Positions 27,867 to 37,921 of a stretch of DNA of 55,478 nt are shown here, one piece after another. The DNA lies in contig JBAXJN010000002.1 in assembly GCA_037137855.1 (NCBI GenBank), positions 1-55,478 on the forward strand, read 5' to 3'. Positions within the stretch are counted from its first letter, which is position 1. Each line of letters opens with the position of its first letter. The DNA comes from Actinomycetes bacterium (lineage in GTDB: Bacteria > Actinomycetota > Actinomycetes > S36-B12). The notes under the pieces were generated by a model. The model ran no database searches. It saw only the letters and a program-made list of their open reading frames with translations, and was not told where the DNA came from. The translations under genes were made by a program, and so were the position numbers.

Positions 27867-30341
27867 ATGAGCGGACCGTTAGCAGGGCTTCGAGTATTGG
27901 AATTGGGCGAGAGCCTGGCAATTGCTCAGGCGGGCAACTTGTTTGCGGATTACGGCGCTGAGGTTGTCATGGTCGAACCGCCAAGCGGAGTCCCGCTGAG
28001 GCAGGTTCCTGGTTTCGCATTTTTTGGCCGAGGGAAGAAGAGCGTTGTTCTTGATTGTCGCCAAGAAGAGCAAGCGCAGCGCTGCCTGAAATTGATGGCT
28101 GACGTTGACGTCGTGCTTACCTCTGTTCGGCCTGCAACTCTTGCCCGCTGGGGACTCGACTATGAATCAGTTGCTCGAGTTAATCCCCGCGTAGTATTCG
28201 GGCAAGTCACCGCATGGGGACTCAAGGGACCGCTAGCCACATCAAAGGGCACAGAAGCCTTGGTGATGGCCAAGATAGGCGGCAACTTCTCGCCTCAGCG
28301 TGTTGTGGATCGCAGCGGTCCAATCTTCACAACAGTCCCATTCGCAAGTTGGAGTGCAGGTCAGACTCTGCTTCAAGGTGTTTTCGCCGCACTTCGTGAA
28401 AGAGAATCAAGTGGCCTTGGGCAGATGGTGGATTCGAGCCTTGCTCACAGTGTTGGTGCCCAAGACCCGTGGACGCAGGCAATCGGTGTCATAGCCGAAC
28501 GCTTCCCTGATGCGTTCACCCCGACCGGGCAGACATCTAATGATGGTGCGCCAAATACCAGTTTCCTTTTCAAGTTACTTGTCGCAATCACGAAGGATGG
28601 TCACTGGCTACAGTTCGCAGAGGTACAACCGCGACTCTTTCGGTCCTTCATGACGTCATGCGGGTTGGACTGGATGTATGAAGATCCAGAGTGGTCGGAG
28701 TTCATGAAAGTAGCCACGGAAACCGTGACACTTCCTGAGTCGGCGAATTCTGCAAAGAGGTTCGAATTCTGGAACCTGCTACTCGACATTGTGCGCAGTA
28801 AAACGTTGGCTGAATGGCGCGAAGCCTTCGATATTGATCCCAACGTATTCGCGGAGGTCTTTCGACGTGGCACGGATCTCCTTCATCACCCGCAAATGGA
28901 GGTTGAACGTCAGATCGTCACCATTGAAGACCGTGACCTTGGTCCCGTTCTTCAACCAGCGGCACTTGTGAGATTCGAAACCACTCCCGCTGAACTTGGC
29001 GTTGATGCTCCGCGTTTAGGTGAGCACCAGGATGAAGTTGTAAAGAGAGCGGAGAAGGTTGTCATTGCGGACGTGCATGTGGAGGCGCGAAGCAAGCCCG
29101 GACTTCCATTAGCTGGGCTCACGATTCTTGAACTCGGTACTTTCTATGCCGCGCCTTTTGGGGCAACGATCTTGACTGACCTTGGCGCACGCGTCATCAA
29201 GATTGAAACTCTTGAAGGTGATCCAATGCGAACTCAACAAGCCTTCCCCGAGGCGGGCGCCATGAAGGTGCTTCAGGGAAAGCAATCAGTGGCCTTGGAC
29301 CTGGCAACCCAAGAATGCCACGACATTCTTGAAGCGATGGCTCCGTCAATCGACTTAGTCTTGTGTGCATTTCGCATGGGCGTAGCTGATCGTCTCGGTG
29401 TTGGGACTGAAGACTTTCGTCGGATGAATCCCCGGATCATGTATCTCGAGGCTCCGGGCTTTGGTATTAAAGCTCCATATGGCAACCGACCAGCATTCGC
29501 TCCAGTTATCGGCGCGGGCAGCGGCATTGCAATGCGCAATGTCGGTCGATTAATTCCCGAAGGAGTGCCAGAAGACTTCGATGTGATTCGGGCGTTAGGT
29601 GGCAAACTCACTGCCGGCGGAGGTAATGCGGCAGCGCAAGCAGACGGAGTTGCGGCACTTGGAGTAGGAACTGCACTGAGTTTTGCTGCATATTTGCAGG
29701 AAATCGGAGTACCCGGGCAGTCGATGCTCACGACAATGCTTCAATCCTGCGCTCACCTTTTAGGTGAAGACATGGTCGAATATCGAGATCGCCCAGATGC
29801 TCCGACAGCAGACATAGACCTATATGGACTGAGCGCTCTATACCGCCTATATCAAGCAACTGATGACAGCTGGGTGTTTCTCAGCGCACCGAAGGCGAGT
29901 GAATGGAACCGGCTCGTTTCGGCACTTGACGCGGAAACTTCAATCAATAGTGACGCCCGATTCGCCACTCCTGAACTGCGTGTAAAACATGACAGCGAGC
30001 TGGCTGTCATCTTGGGCGAGATTTTTCGTACACGTTCAGCTGCAAGTTGGGAGTCTGCACTATTGGCTCAAGACATTGGATGTGTTGAAGTAAATACGAT
30101 GCCTCCCAATCGTGTCTTCATGACCGAACTTGCAGAAAAGCACGGCTGGATCGCGACGGCAGACAGTCCTGTGATTGGTGAATATCCACGGCAACGTGCC
30201 TACGCTGGATTTTCGCGTTCCACGACTATTAACCCAGCAGGATGCGCGCTAGGGCAGCACACTGCTGAAGTTGTGCGGGAATTCGGATTTTCAGATGAGT
30301 ACATCAAAGACCTTGTAACACGTGGAATTGCAAAGGTTTAG
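27867..30341 (+). CDS. Tandem-fused family III CoA-transferase (two CaiB/BaiF/Frc-like modules in one polypeptide)
   Basis: The N-terminal family signature occurs twice: PLAGLRVLELGES...ADYGAEVVMVEPPSG from nt 27876 and PLAGLTILELGTFYAAPFGATILTDLGARVIKIETLEGDPMR from nt 29106. The start is re-called to ATG 27867 (AGGGAG upstream) rather than 27765. Confidence 0.85.
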   Translation: MSGPLAGLRVLELGESLAIAQAGNLFADYGAEVVMVEPPSGVPLRQVPGFAFFGRGKKSVVLDCRQEEQAQRCLKLMADVDVVLTSVRPATLARWGLDYESVARVNPRVVFGQVTAWGLKGPLATSKGTEALVMAKIGGNFSPQRVVDRSGPIFTTVPFASWSAGQTLLQGVFAALRERESSGLGQMVDSSLAHSVGAQDPWTQAIGVIAERFPDAFTPTGQTSNDGAPNTSFLFKLLVAITKDGHWLQFAEVQPRLFRSFMTSCGLDWMYEDPEWSEFMKVATETVTLPESANSAKRFEFWNLLLDIVRSKTLAEWREAFDIDPNVFAEVFRRGTDLLHHPQMEVERQIVTIEDRDLGPVLQPAALVRFETTPAELGVDAPRLGEHQDEVVKRAEKVVIADVHVEARSKPGLPLAGLTILELGTFYAAPFGATILTDLGARVIKIETLEGDPMRTQQAFPEAGAMKVLQGKQSVALDLATQECHDILEAMAPSIDLVLCAFRMGVADRLGVGTEDFRRMNPRIMYLEAPGFGIKAPYGNRPAFAPVIGAGSGIAMRNVGRLIPEGVPEDFDVIRALGGKLTAGGGNAAAQADGVAALGVGTALSFAAYLQEIGVPGQSMLTTMLQSCAHLLGEDMVEYRDRPDAPTADIDLYGLSALYRLYQATDDSWVFLSAPKASEWNRLVSALDAETSINSDARFATPELRVKHDSELAVILGEIFRTRSAASWESALLAQDIGCVEVNTMPPNRVFMTELAEKHGWIATADSPVIGEYPRQRAYAGFSRSTTINPAGCALGQHTAEVVREFGFSDEYIKDLVTRGIAKV

Positions 30342-30366
30342 TCAAATTATCGTCGGGGGACAACGT

Positions 30367-31170
30367 ATGGGCGCGGTTGAAGGCAAAGTTGCAATTGTTA
30401 CGGGCGCAGCCAGCGGCATTGGTCGTGGTGCAGCGCTTGCTCTAGCAAGTCGGGGCGCACGTGTGGTTGTTGCCGACCTAAATATTGATGGGGCGCAAGC
30501 CGTAGTTCGAGAGATTGAGTCTGCACAAGGCACTGCGATTGCCATTCGGGTAGATGTCGGAGACGACCAAGCACTTGAAGATCTCAAGGCCGAAGTGCTC
30601 ACAGCGTTTGGTCGGGTAGACATCGTTATGAACAATGCGGGTGTTATCACTCGAGGGTTACCTGAACATATACCGATTGAAGAGTGGCACCGAGTTATCA
30701 ATGTCAATCTATTTTCTGTCGTTCGAAGCCATGCAGCGTTTCTTCCACTTTTTCTTGAGCAAGGTTCGGGCCACTTCGTGAACACTGCCTCGTTCGCTGG
30801 TCTCATGAGTTATTCCTACGACCGACTGCCGTATGCGGCTTCGAAAGCGGCAATTATTCAGATTTCAGAAGGTTTGGCTTTGTATGCAATTCCCAAGGGG
30901 ATTGGAGTAACCGTGCTTTGCCCGGGCCCGGTAGCAACAAATATCGGAGTGGGCATCCCATCTTTCGGCCCAGAAACGACAACTCGAGGCCCTGGATCTC
31001 AATTTGGGGTTCGAGATCCATTGGAAGTAGGGCACGAAGTCGTAGATGCCATTGAAGCCAACACATTCATGCTCACTACAGACGATCAAATTCGTGAGAT
31101 TCTCGTTTCTAGAGCCCGTGATTGGGATGGATATGTGCATAATCAAATTCTCGCAATGAACTCGCAATGA
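30367..31170 (+). CDS. SDR family oxidoreductase
   Basis: It carries GKVAIVTGAASGIGRGAA, NNAGV and the catalytic YAASKAAI. The start is re-called to ATG 30367 because track position 30322 overlaps the CoA-transferase gene. Confidence 0.9.
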   Translation: MGAVEGKVAIVTGAASGIGRGAALALASRGARVVVADLNIDGAQAVVREIESAQGTAIAIRVDVGDDQALEDLKAEVLTAFGRVDIVMNNAGVITRGLPEHIPIEEWHRVINVNLFSVVRSHAAFLPLFLEQGSGHFVNTASFAGLMSYSYDRLPYAASKAAIIQISEGLALYAIPKGIGVTVLCPGPVATNIGVGIPSFGPETTTRGPGSQFGVRDPLEVGHEVVDAIEANTFMLTTDDQIREILVSRARDWDGYVHNQILAMNSQ

Positions 31171-31222
31171 AGTAGTTGAGAGTTGCTAATTTTATCTGCT
31201 GAATATTAAGGGAGCCACGGAC

Positions 31223-32392
31223 ATGGAAGTAGCTGGCAAGATCTGGGCGAACTCAGGTGATTCGCATATCAATGAACCGCCAGATCTCTTCGACGGCTTA
31301 CCCGAGCATCTCAAGGGTTTAATGCCGCGCAGTGTCAAAGATCCAAGCGGTGCATTTGAAACGATCTATGTAGATGGTCAGTCTTTCGAGCGTGCCATGC
31401 CACAGTTAAAGCCGGACGCAGACGGAAAAATTCCCGCAGGCCGCCGACCCTCAGCAATGCCCATAGGTACAGATGTAGACGAAATGATTGAACGCATGAC
31501 GATGGCAAACGATGCCGAACATCGACTTGCTGATTGTGACGATGAAGGTGTTTGGGCTGAGGTGATTTACCCGTCGCTGGGATCGTGGGCCGCAAATATT
31601 CGCACGCCTGAATTGGCGAAAGCTGGCGCGCGAATTCACAATGAATTCGCTTTGGATTTTCAACGTCGGTCTCCTCGCTTTGTGCTCGCTGCTTCAATTC
31701 CGTTGCTTGACATGCAGGACACCGTTGCTGAAATCAAGCGGGCATCGGCCGATGGGTTCCTTGGCGGATTCATCCCTGCCCTGCCACCTTTTGGTCGACC
31801 AGATTGGAACAACGAAGAGTGGGATCCGATGTGGGATGCGTTTGCCGAAACGGGCATGCGAATCTGTATGCATATCGGCACCGAACCGATTGACCCAACT
31901 CAGAGTCAAGGACTGTATTACCGCGGCAGAGGCGGTGCGATCATGAACTACGTAGAAACAACCTTTGGTGGCCAACGTGCCGCGGTCAAATTAATCGCGT
32001 GTGGTGCCTTAGATAAGCGACCAGAATTGAAAATGCTGATCTCTGAGAGTGGCGCCACGTGGGGGCCTTTCATTGCTGACCGAATGACTGAGGCCTATCG
32101 CCAACACTCAGCTGGAGTGCGTCCAACGCTAGGCCGGGAACCTGCCCAGATTTTGTATGAACAGGTGTATGCCTCTTTCCAGCACGACATGTCTGCCGTG
32201 CAGGCATGTGTAGCAATGGGTTGGCAGAACGTCATGTGGGGATCTGATTACCCGCACTACGAAGGCACCTTTGGGCATACTCAAGACACTCTGCATCAAC
32301 TCTTTGACGGTGTTGACACCGCAGCGAGTGAGCGAATTCGCATTGGGGCTTTTCACGAGTTGTTCCCATCAGTTCCGCTTCCTCCTGTCTAG
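31223..32392 (+). CDS. Amidohydrolase_2 family metal-dependent hydrolase (ACMSD/LigW/LigI-like decarboxylase, hydratase or lactonase)
   Basis: 389 aa with AAGGGAG upstream. The C-terminal signature VMWGSDYPHYEG, an internal ICMHIG and an N-terminal GDSHINEP metal-site region are all present. Confidence 0.75.
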   Translation: MEVAGKIWANSGDSHINEPPDLFDGLPEHLKGLMPRSVKDPSGAFETIYVDGQSFERAMPQLKPDADGKIPAGRRPSAMPIGTDVDEMIERMTMANDAEHRLADCDDEGVWAEVIYPSLGSWAANIRTPELAKAGARIHNEFALDFQRRSPRFVLAASIPLLDMQDTVAEIKRASADGFLGGFIPALPPFGRPDWNNEEWDPMWDAFAETGMRICMHIGTEPIDPTQSQGLYYRGRGGAIMNYVETTFGGQRAAVKLIACGALDKRPELKMLISESGATWGPFIADRMTEAYRQHSAGVRPTLGREPAQILYEQVYASFQHDMSAVQACVAMGWQNVMWGSDYPHYEGTFGHTQDTLHQLFDGVDTAASERIRIGAFHELFPSVPLPPV

Positions 32393-32526
32393 TCCGCATA
32401 TATGTGTCCGGTGAGTTCCTTTCGCTTATTTGGAAATATGGGGGCACACAAGATTTGAGGCACACGCGATCTAAGGTGAGTGGTGTTTGGAATTGATCGG
32501 GTCTGAAGAGAATTGGTGACGGCGTA

Positions 32527-33273
32527 ATGAACTCAGAAGTAGCCGAATTGCTCGTAAGCGATGTCAATGGCGTCCGCGTACTTTCACTGAACCGACCACA
32601 TCGACTGAATGCGTTTACCTCCGAGGCTTATTTCGAGCTCGCCCGAGAACTGACGCTTGCAGCGTCAGATAGTTCAGTTCAGGTTGTGCTGCTCAAGGGG
32701 GAAGGCCGGGCCTATTGCGCCGGCGTTGATCTCTTTGCGCTTGGTGAAGCAACGGGCGACGAATTTAGTCGGGGGATTAAAGCTGTGGTTCTAGCCCTGG
32801 CAACATTCCCGAAACCAATCATCGCAGCAGTACACGGCGCAATCATTGGCTTTGGTGCCACGATGTTGTTGCACGTTGACATCGTGATCACCGCAGACGA
32901 TGCCAGATGGCGCTTCCCGTTTTCCGAACTCGGTACCGCTCCTGAAGCCGGGAGTTCGTTCATGCTCCAAAAAATTGTGGGCGAGCGAAGGGCAGCCGAA
33001 TTACTCCTGACTTCGCGCTGGGTCAGTGGATCTGAGGCAGCTGAGCTCGGATTGGCAACAGATTCCGTACCAGCAGATCAGGTGCACCGGATGGGCCAGC
33101 TTGTGGCCGAGAAGCTCACCGCCATGAAAGGGCCGGCTATGGTGGGGGCAAAGGCGCTCTTGAGGCGCGGGTGGGCCCAAGAAATCGCCGAGGCGATCGA
33201 TCGAGAAAGCCAAGTTGCCGGTGAAATTGGCCGGGCTATTGGGGGATCTGGTATCGCTTGGGGTGCGGAGTAG
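32527..33273 (+). CDS. Enoyl-CoA hydratase/isomerase (crotonase) family protein
   Basis: 248 aa. Crotonase motifs are present: VRVLSLNRPHRLNAF, GEGRAYCAGVDL and KPIIAAVHGAIIGFGATMLLHVDIV. Confidence 0.9.
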   Translation: MNSEVAELLVSDVNGVRVLSLNRPHRLNAFTSEAYFELARELTLAASDSSVQVVLLKGEGRAYCAGVDLFALGEATGDEFSRGIKAVVLALATFPKPIIAAVHGAIIGFGATMLLHVDIVITADDARWRFPFSELGTAPEAGSSFMLQKIVGERRAAELLLTSRWVSGSEAAELGLATDSVPADQVHRMGQLVAEKLTAMKGPAMVGAKALLRRGWAQEIAEAIDRESQVAGEIGRAIGGSGIAWGAE

Positions 33274-33395
33274 ATATACAGCAGGGGCCGGTTTGACCCT
33301 TAGGGGGCATTTTCCGTACTCTTGGGGCCCGGACAGTTTTCGTCCGAGTGTGTTCCACGTTTGGAACTCGCGAAATTACGAGGTAGGAGTACGTG

Positions 33396-33710
33396 GTGTA
33401 CGCGATTGTGCGCGCTGGCGGCCGTCAGGAAAAGGTCGCAGTTGGCGACGTTGTAGTGCTGGACCGGATTCCCGGTGCACCAGGCACTTCCTTAGTCATG
33501 CCTTGCTTACTTATGGTTGATGGCACTTCGGTGACCACCGACTCTGCCGCTCTTGCAAATGTGAAGGTTTCGGCCGAGATCATTGAGCACAAGCGCGGAC
33601 CAAAAATCGACATCTTGAAGTACAAGAACAAGACCGGCTACCGCCGCCGCCAGGGCCACCGTCAGGAGCTCACCGCGGTCAAGGTCACCGACATTTCGAC
33701 CGGGAAGTAG
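33396..33710 (+). CDS. rplU: 50S ribosomal protein L21
   Basis: The product begins [20 protein letters not shown] and contains [16 protein letters not shown]. Two tandem GTGs lie at 33393 and 33396. The second gives the canonical MYAIV N-terminus and better spacing from AGGTAGGAG. Confidence 0.95.
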   Translation: MYAIVRAGGRQEKVAVGDVVVLDRIPGAPGTSLVMPCLLMVDGTSVTTDSAALANVKVSAEIIEHKRGPKIDILKYKNKTGYRRRQGHRQELTAVKVTDISTGK

Positions 33711-33719
33711 TGAACTGAA

Positions 33720-33971
33720 ATGGCATCCAAAAAGGGCGTATCCAGTACCCGTAACGGCCGCGACTCCAACTCTCAGCGCCTTGGCGTGAAGCGTTTCGGT
33801 GGTCAGGAAGTTAACTCGGGAGAAATCATCGTGCGTCAGCGCGGCACCCACTTTCACCCGGGCAACAATGTTGGCCGCGGCAAGGACGACACTTTGTTTG
33901 CTCTTGCAGCAGGCCGAGTCGAGTTCGGTACACATCGCGGACGCCGCGTTGTGAACATCCTCGCTGGGTAG
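33720..33971 (+). CDS. rpmA: 50S ribosomal protein L27
   Basis: 83 aa. The sequence [29 protein letters not shown]...[28 protein letters not shown] is unmistakably L27. Confidence 0.97.
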   Translation: MASKKGVSSTRNGRDSNSQRLGVKRFGGQEVNSGEIIVRQRGTHFHPGNNVGRGKDDTLFALAAGRVEFGTHRGRRVVNILAG

Positions 33972-33997
33972 TTCCGCACTCATAGCAGCACATCTTC

Positions 33998-34048
33998 AAA
34001 CGAGGCGAGCTACAGCTCGCCTCGTTTGTCTTTGGTCCTACAGGACCA
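33998..34048 (+). terminator. Terminator/attenuator hairpin pair between rpmA and obg
   Basis: A 12-bp stem aaacgaggcgag / ctcgcctcgttt is followed by gtcttt. A second 6-bp hairpin tggtcc-taca-ggacca lies at 34033-34048. Confidence 0.65.
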
Positions 34049-34066
34049 CATACGTAAGGATCAGTT

Positions 34067-35461
34067 ATGACCACCTTCGTCGATCGCGTGCAGCTATACG
34101 CGCAGGCGGGCGATGGTGGCATTGGCTGCGCATCGATTCTGCGTGAGAAGTTCAAGCCCCTTGGCGGCCCTGACGGCGGCAATGGCGGTAAGGGTGGCGA
34201 TGTTATTTTGGAAGTTGAACCGCAAATCACCACCCTGCTTGAGTTCCACCACCGACCACACCAAAAGGCCACGAGTGGCCGCCCAGGTGCCGGAAATAAC
34301 CGCCATGGCGCTCAAGGTCACAACACGATTCTTCGGGTGCCATCCGGCACCGTTGTCACCACGCCAAGTGGCCAGATCCTGGCCGACCTTGTCGGTGCTG
34401 GCATGTCTTTTGTACTTGCTCAAGGCGGCCGTGGTGGCCTCGGCAATGCTGCATTGGCCAGCCCGCGTCGTAAGGCTCCAGGCTTTGCTCTCAACGGTGA
34501 GCCGGGCGAATACCGTGAAGTGGTTCTTGAACTTAAAACTGTTGCTGACGTAGCGTTGGTCGGATTCCCAAGTGCTGGTAAATCCAGCATGATCGCAGCC
34601 TTGAGTGCGGCCCGACCAAAGATCGCTGACTACCCATTCACCACCTTGGTGCCAAACCTTGGAGTCGTCACAGCTGGTGACACTGTTTTTACCGTTGCTG
34701 ACGTACCTGGTTTGATCCCAGGAGCTAGCCAGGGCAAGGGCCTTGGTCTTGAATTCCTGCGTCACGTTGAACGTTGCAGTGTGCTTGTTCATGTTCTTGA
34801 TGGTGCAACTCTTGAACCAGGTCGCGACCCACTTGATGATCTTGACGCCATCGAAAAAGAACTGGAACTGTATGGCGGTTTGGCTGATCGCCCTCGCTTA
34901 GTTGCTATCAATAAAATCGATATTCCTGACGGTCGCACCATGGCTGAACTTGTGCGTCCAGCGTTAATCGGTCGCGGATATCACGTTTATGAAGTGTCAG
35001 CAGCAACCCATGAAGGGCTGCGCGAGTTGACCTATGGCATGGCTGCGCTTGTGGCCAAGGCGCGCGCTGCAGTGATTCACGAGATTGCTCCGCGCATTGT
35101 TATTAGCCCACGGGCAGTCAACGAAGAAAGTTTCGTTGTTACGCGAGAAGAAGCCGGTTTCCGAGTTCTAGGTGAACGTCCAGAGCGTTGGGTGCGCCAA
35201 ACCAACTTCAGCAACGACGAAGCTGTCGGCTATCTCGGTGACCGATTGGCTCGCTTAGGTGTTGAAGCTGAACTCATTGCTCAGGGTGCAATGCCAGGGG
35301 TCGCAGTCATGATCGGTAAAGAAGAAAACGCCGTGGTCTTCGATTGGCACCCATCAATTCAGGCAAATACCCGCTCAGAGGCTTCGCCACGTGGCACAGA
35401 TGTGCGTGTGCATCTCGGTGAAATCCAGCGCAATGAGGACAATAGCGTTTATGACGACTGA
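34067..35461 (+). CDS. obg: GTPase Obg/CgtA
   Basis: 464 aa. It has the Obg fold [44 protein letters not shown]1 [10 protein letters not shown]3 DVPGLI and G4 NKID, plus a C-terminal TGS-like extension. Confidence 0.95.
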   Translation: MTTFVDRVQLYAQAGDGGIGCASILREKFKPLGGPDGGNGGKGGDVILEVEPQITTLLEFHHRPHQKATSGRPGAGNNRHGAQGHNTILRVPSGTVVTTPSGQILADLVGAGMSFVLAQGGRGGLGNAALASPRRKAPGFALNGEPGEYREVVLELKTVADVALVGFPSAGKSSMIAALSAARPKIADYPFTTLVPNLGVVTAGDTVFTVADVPGLIPGASQGKGLGLEFLRHVERCSVLVHVLDGATLEPGRDPLDDLDAIEKELELYGGLADRPRLVAINKIDIPDGRTMAELVRPALIGRGYHVYEVSAATHEGLRELTYGMAALVAKARAAVIHEIAPRIVISPRAVNEESFVVTREEAGFRVLGERPERWVRQTNFSNDEAVGYLGDRLARLGVEAELIAQGAMPGVAVMIGKEENAVVFDWHPSIQANTRSEASPRGTDVRVHLGEIQRNEDNSVYDD

Positions 35462-36578
35462 GGTTCGTAGTGCGATCGCGGCTGCATCGCGCATTGTTGT
35501 CAAGGTGGGGTCATCTTCATTGACCCTGCGTGACGGCGGCATCAATGAAGAGGCGATTACTGCGTTAGTTGCTGAACTTGCCAAACGTCGCGCGCTTGGG
35601 CACCAGGTCGTACTCGTATCCAGTGGCTCAATTGCTGCCGGCTTTCCAGTGCTAGGGCTCACCCAACGCCCACGTGACCTTGCAACACAACAAGCTTCAG
35701 CAAGTGTTGGTCAGGGCATGCTTATTGCGCAATACAGCGCCGCCTTTGCAGAGTTTGGTTTGACTGTTGGTCAGGTGCTGCTCACTGCTGAAGATGTCAC
35801 TCGCCGTGCGCACTATGGAAATGCACAGCGCACGCTCTTTCGCCTACTTGAGCTTGGCGTAGTGCCTATCGTCAACGAGAACGACACAGTAGCCACAGAA
35901 GAAATTCGCGTGGGAGATAATGATCGCCTTGCTGCATTGGTAGCCCATGTCGTGCAGGCAGATGCTTTGGTGTTGCTTTCTGATGTCGATGGTCTTTATG
36001 ACGGGCCACCGACAAAGGGTGGTTCGACACTTGTTCCCTCGATTGCATCAAACGCAGACCTTGCCAACCTGAATATCGGCGGCGCTGGAGATGCAGGCAT
36101 CGGCTCGGGTGGCATGTCGTCAAAGGTTGAAGCAGCGCAGATTGCAACATCGGCTGGTATCCCGGTGTTGTTGACATCCGCTGCCTTGGTGTCACAGGCA
36201 TTAGGTGACGCTCAAGTAGGCACAGCCTTCGCGCCAACCGGAGAACGCTCATCAACAAGACTTTTATGGCTTGAACACGCCACCACGGGCACCGGTCGGC
36301 TACATCTGGATGCAGGAGCGACGCTGGCAATCACTCAGCGCGGCTCCTCGCTTCTACCTGCAGGCATTACTTCCGTAGAAGGATCATTCTTGGCTGGCGA
36401 TCCCGTTGATCTTGTGGACGAGTCTGGGAATGCAATTGCGCGCGGCTTGGTGAACTTTGATTCCACCGAGTTGCCAAGACTGCTGGGTCGTTCCACCAAA
36501 GAGTTAGCTTTGGAGCTTGGCCCGGCCTACGAGCGAGAAGTGGTCCATCGTGATGACCTCGTGCTTTTACGCGGATAA
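35451..36578 (+). CDS. proB: Glutamate 5-kinase
   Basis: It contains [23 protein letters not shown] and [21 protein letters not shown], with a C-terminal PUA domain. The start is re-called to ATG 35451 ([20 protein letters not shown]), which overlaps the obg end by 11 nt. The track start 35391 lies deeper inside obg. Confidence 0.93.
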   Translation: MTTEVRSAIAAASRIVVKVGSSSLTLRDGGINEEAITALVAELAKRRALGHQVVLVSSGSIAAGFPVLGLTQRPRDLATQQASASVGQGMLIAQYSAAFAEFGLTVGQVLLTAEDVTRRAHYGNAQRTLFRLLELGVVPIVNENDTVATEEIRVGDNDRLAALVAHVVQADALVLLSDVDGLYDGPPTKGGSTLVPSIASNADLANLNIGGAGDAGIGSGGMSSKVEAAQIATSAGIPVLLTSAALVSQALGDAQVGTAFAPTGERSSTRLLWLEHATTGTGRLHLDAGATLAITQRGSSLLPAGITSVEGSFLAGDPVDLVDESGNAIARGLVNFDSTELPRLLGRSTKELALELGPAYEREVVHRDDLVLLRG

Positions 36579-36602
36579 ATTCAGATCGTTAGGCTTTGGG
36601 CT

Positions 36603-37874
36603 ATGAGTGATGATCGTGAAGAAGTTCTTGAGGTAGCCCGTCGTGGTCGAGCTGTGGCCAATGCTGTTCGCCAACTCACCCGTGAAGCCAAGGACGCAGC
36701 ACTCTTTGCGATCGCCGACGCCCTTGATATGCGCACATCTGAAATAGTTTTGGCGAATCAAATTGATGTAGAACGCGCAAAGCAAGCAGGAACTGCAGAC
36801 GGCATTATTGACCGTTTGACCTTGGACGCTCCTCGTATTGCTGCTATTGCCGATGCTCTTCGTGATGTTGCCGCGCTGCCAGATCCATGTGGCGAGGTGG
36901 TGCGTGGCTACACCCTTGCCAATGGTTTACAAATTCGTCAGGTGCGAGTGCCAATGGGTGTTGTCGGGATGATTTACGAAGCGCGACCAAATGTCACTGT
37001 TGATGCTGCAGGATTATGTTTGAAGAGTGGCAACGTTGCACTTCTCCGCGGATCTTCCTCTGCTGCAACAACGAATGCTGCACTGGTGAACATAATGCGC
37101 GGTGCACTTGTCACTCAAGGAATCCCAGCTGACGCGATTCAACTTGTTCCCGGCCTTACCCATGAATCGACTCGTCACTTGATGACCGCCCGCGGACTTG
37201 TCGATGTGCTTATTCCACGTGGGGGAGCAGCGCTGATTAATAACGTCGTAGAGAACTCAACGGTTCCGGTGATCGAAACAGGAGTCGGCAATTGCCATGT
37301 CTACATCGACAAAGATGCTGACATACAAAAGGCCATTAACATCATTGTGAATAGCAAAGTGCAACGTCCAAGTGTGTGTAACGCTGCTGAGACTTTGCTG
37401 GTGCATCGAGACATTGCTGAAATATTCTTACCGATGGCTGCCGCAGTTCTCCACCAAAACGGTGTCACCTTGCACGCTGACCAACGGGCATGGGAGCTCA
37501 CTGTCGGCACCGGAATTCCTGTTGAACTCGTTACCGATGAGGATTGGGCCGCGGAATATCTCGCTTTGGATCTCGCAGTTGGAGTTGTTGATTCAGTTGA
37601 ACAAGCCATCGCTCACATCCAGCACTGGTCCACAGGTCATACCGAGGCAATCGTTACTGATAGCCAGTCAGCAGCTGCGGCATTTGTCGCTGGAGTCGAC
37701 TCGGCCGCGGTCATGGTCAACGCTTCCACCCGGTTTACCGATGGGGGAGAGTTCGGTTTCGGGGCTGAAATCGGGATTTCCACTCAGAAACTTCACGCTC
37801 GTGGCCCCATGGGATTAGCTGAATTAACCACCACAACTTATGTCGTAACCGGGGATGGTCACATCCGAGGCTAG
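36603..37874 (+). CDS. proA: Gamma-glutamyl phosphate reductase
   Basis: 423 aa. It contains [20 protein letters not shown], the catalytic Cys in [11 protein letters not shown], and [33 protein letters not shown]. Confidence 0.95.
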   Translation: MSDDREEVLEVARRGRAVANAVRQLTREAKDAALFAIADALDMRTSEIVLANQIDVERAKQAGTADGIIDRLTLDAPRIAAIADALRDVAALPDPCGEVVRGYTLANGLQIRQVRVPMGVVGMIYEARPNVTVDAAGLCLKSGNVALLRGSSSAATTNAALVNIMRGALVTQGIPADAIQLVPGLTHESTRHLMTARGLVDVLIPRGGAALINNVVENSTVPVIETGVGNCHVYIDKDADIQKAINIIVNSKVQRPSVCNAAETLLVHRDIAEIFLPMAAAVLHQNGVTLHADQRAWELTVGTGIPVELVTDEDWAAEYLALDLAVGVVDSVEQAIAHIQHWSTGHTEAIVTDSQSAAAAFVAGVDSAAVMVNASTRFTDGGEFGFGAEIGISTQKLHARGPMGLAELTTTTYVVTGDGHIRG

Positions 37875-37921
37875 GCATTGGCTAAACTCAGGGGGTTCGT
37901 CATCCAAGGAAGGAATAAGTC

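Noticed and set aside
33215-33520. ORF 33215..33520 (+, 101 aa) spanning the enoyl-CoA hydratase end, the spacer and the rplU start
   Set aside because: It is off-frame to two well-supported genes and has no RBS. The product is Arg/Gly/Ser-rich.
33507-34792. Antisense ORFs 33507..33983 (-, 158 aa), 33826..34272 (-) and 34094..34792 (-, 232 aa)
   Set aside because: They lie opposite the unmistakable rplU, rpmA and obg coding sequences and have no motifs of their own.
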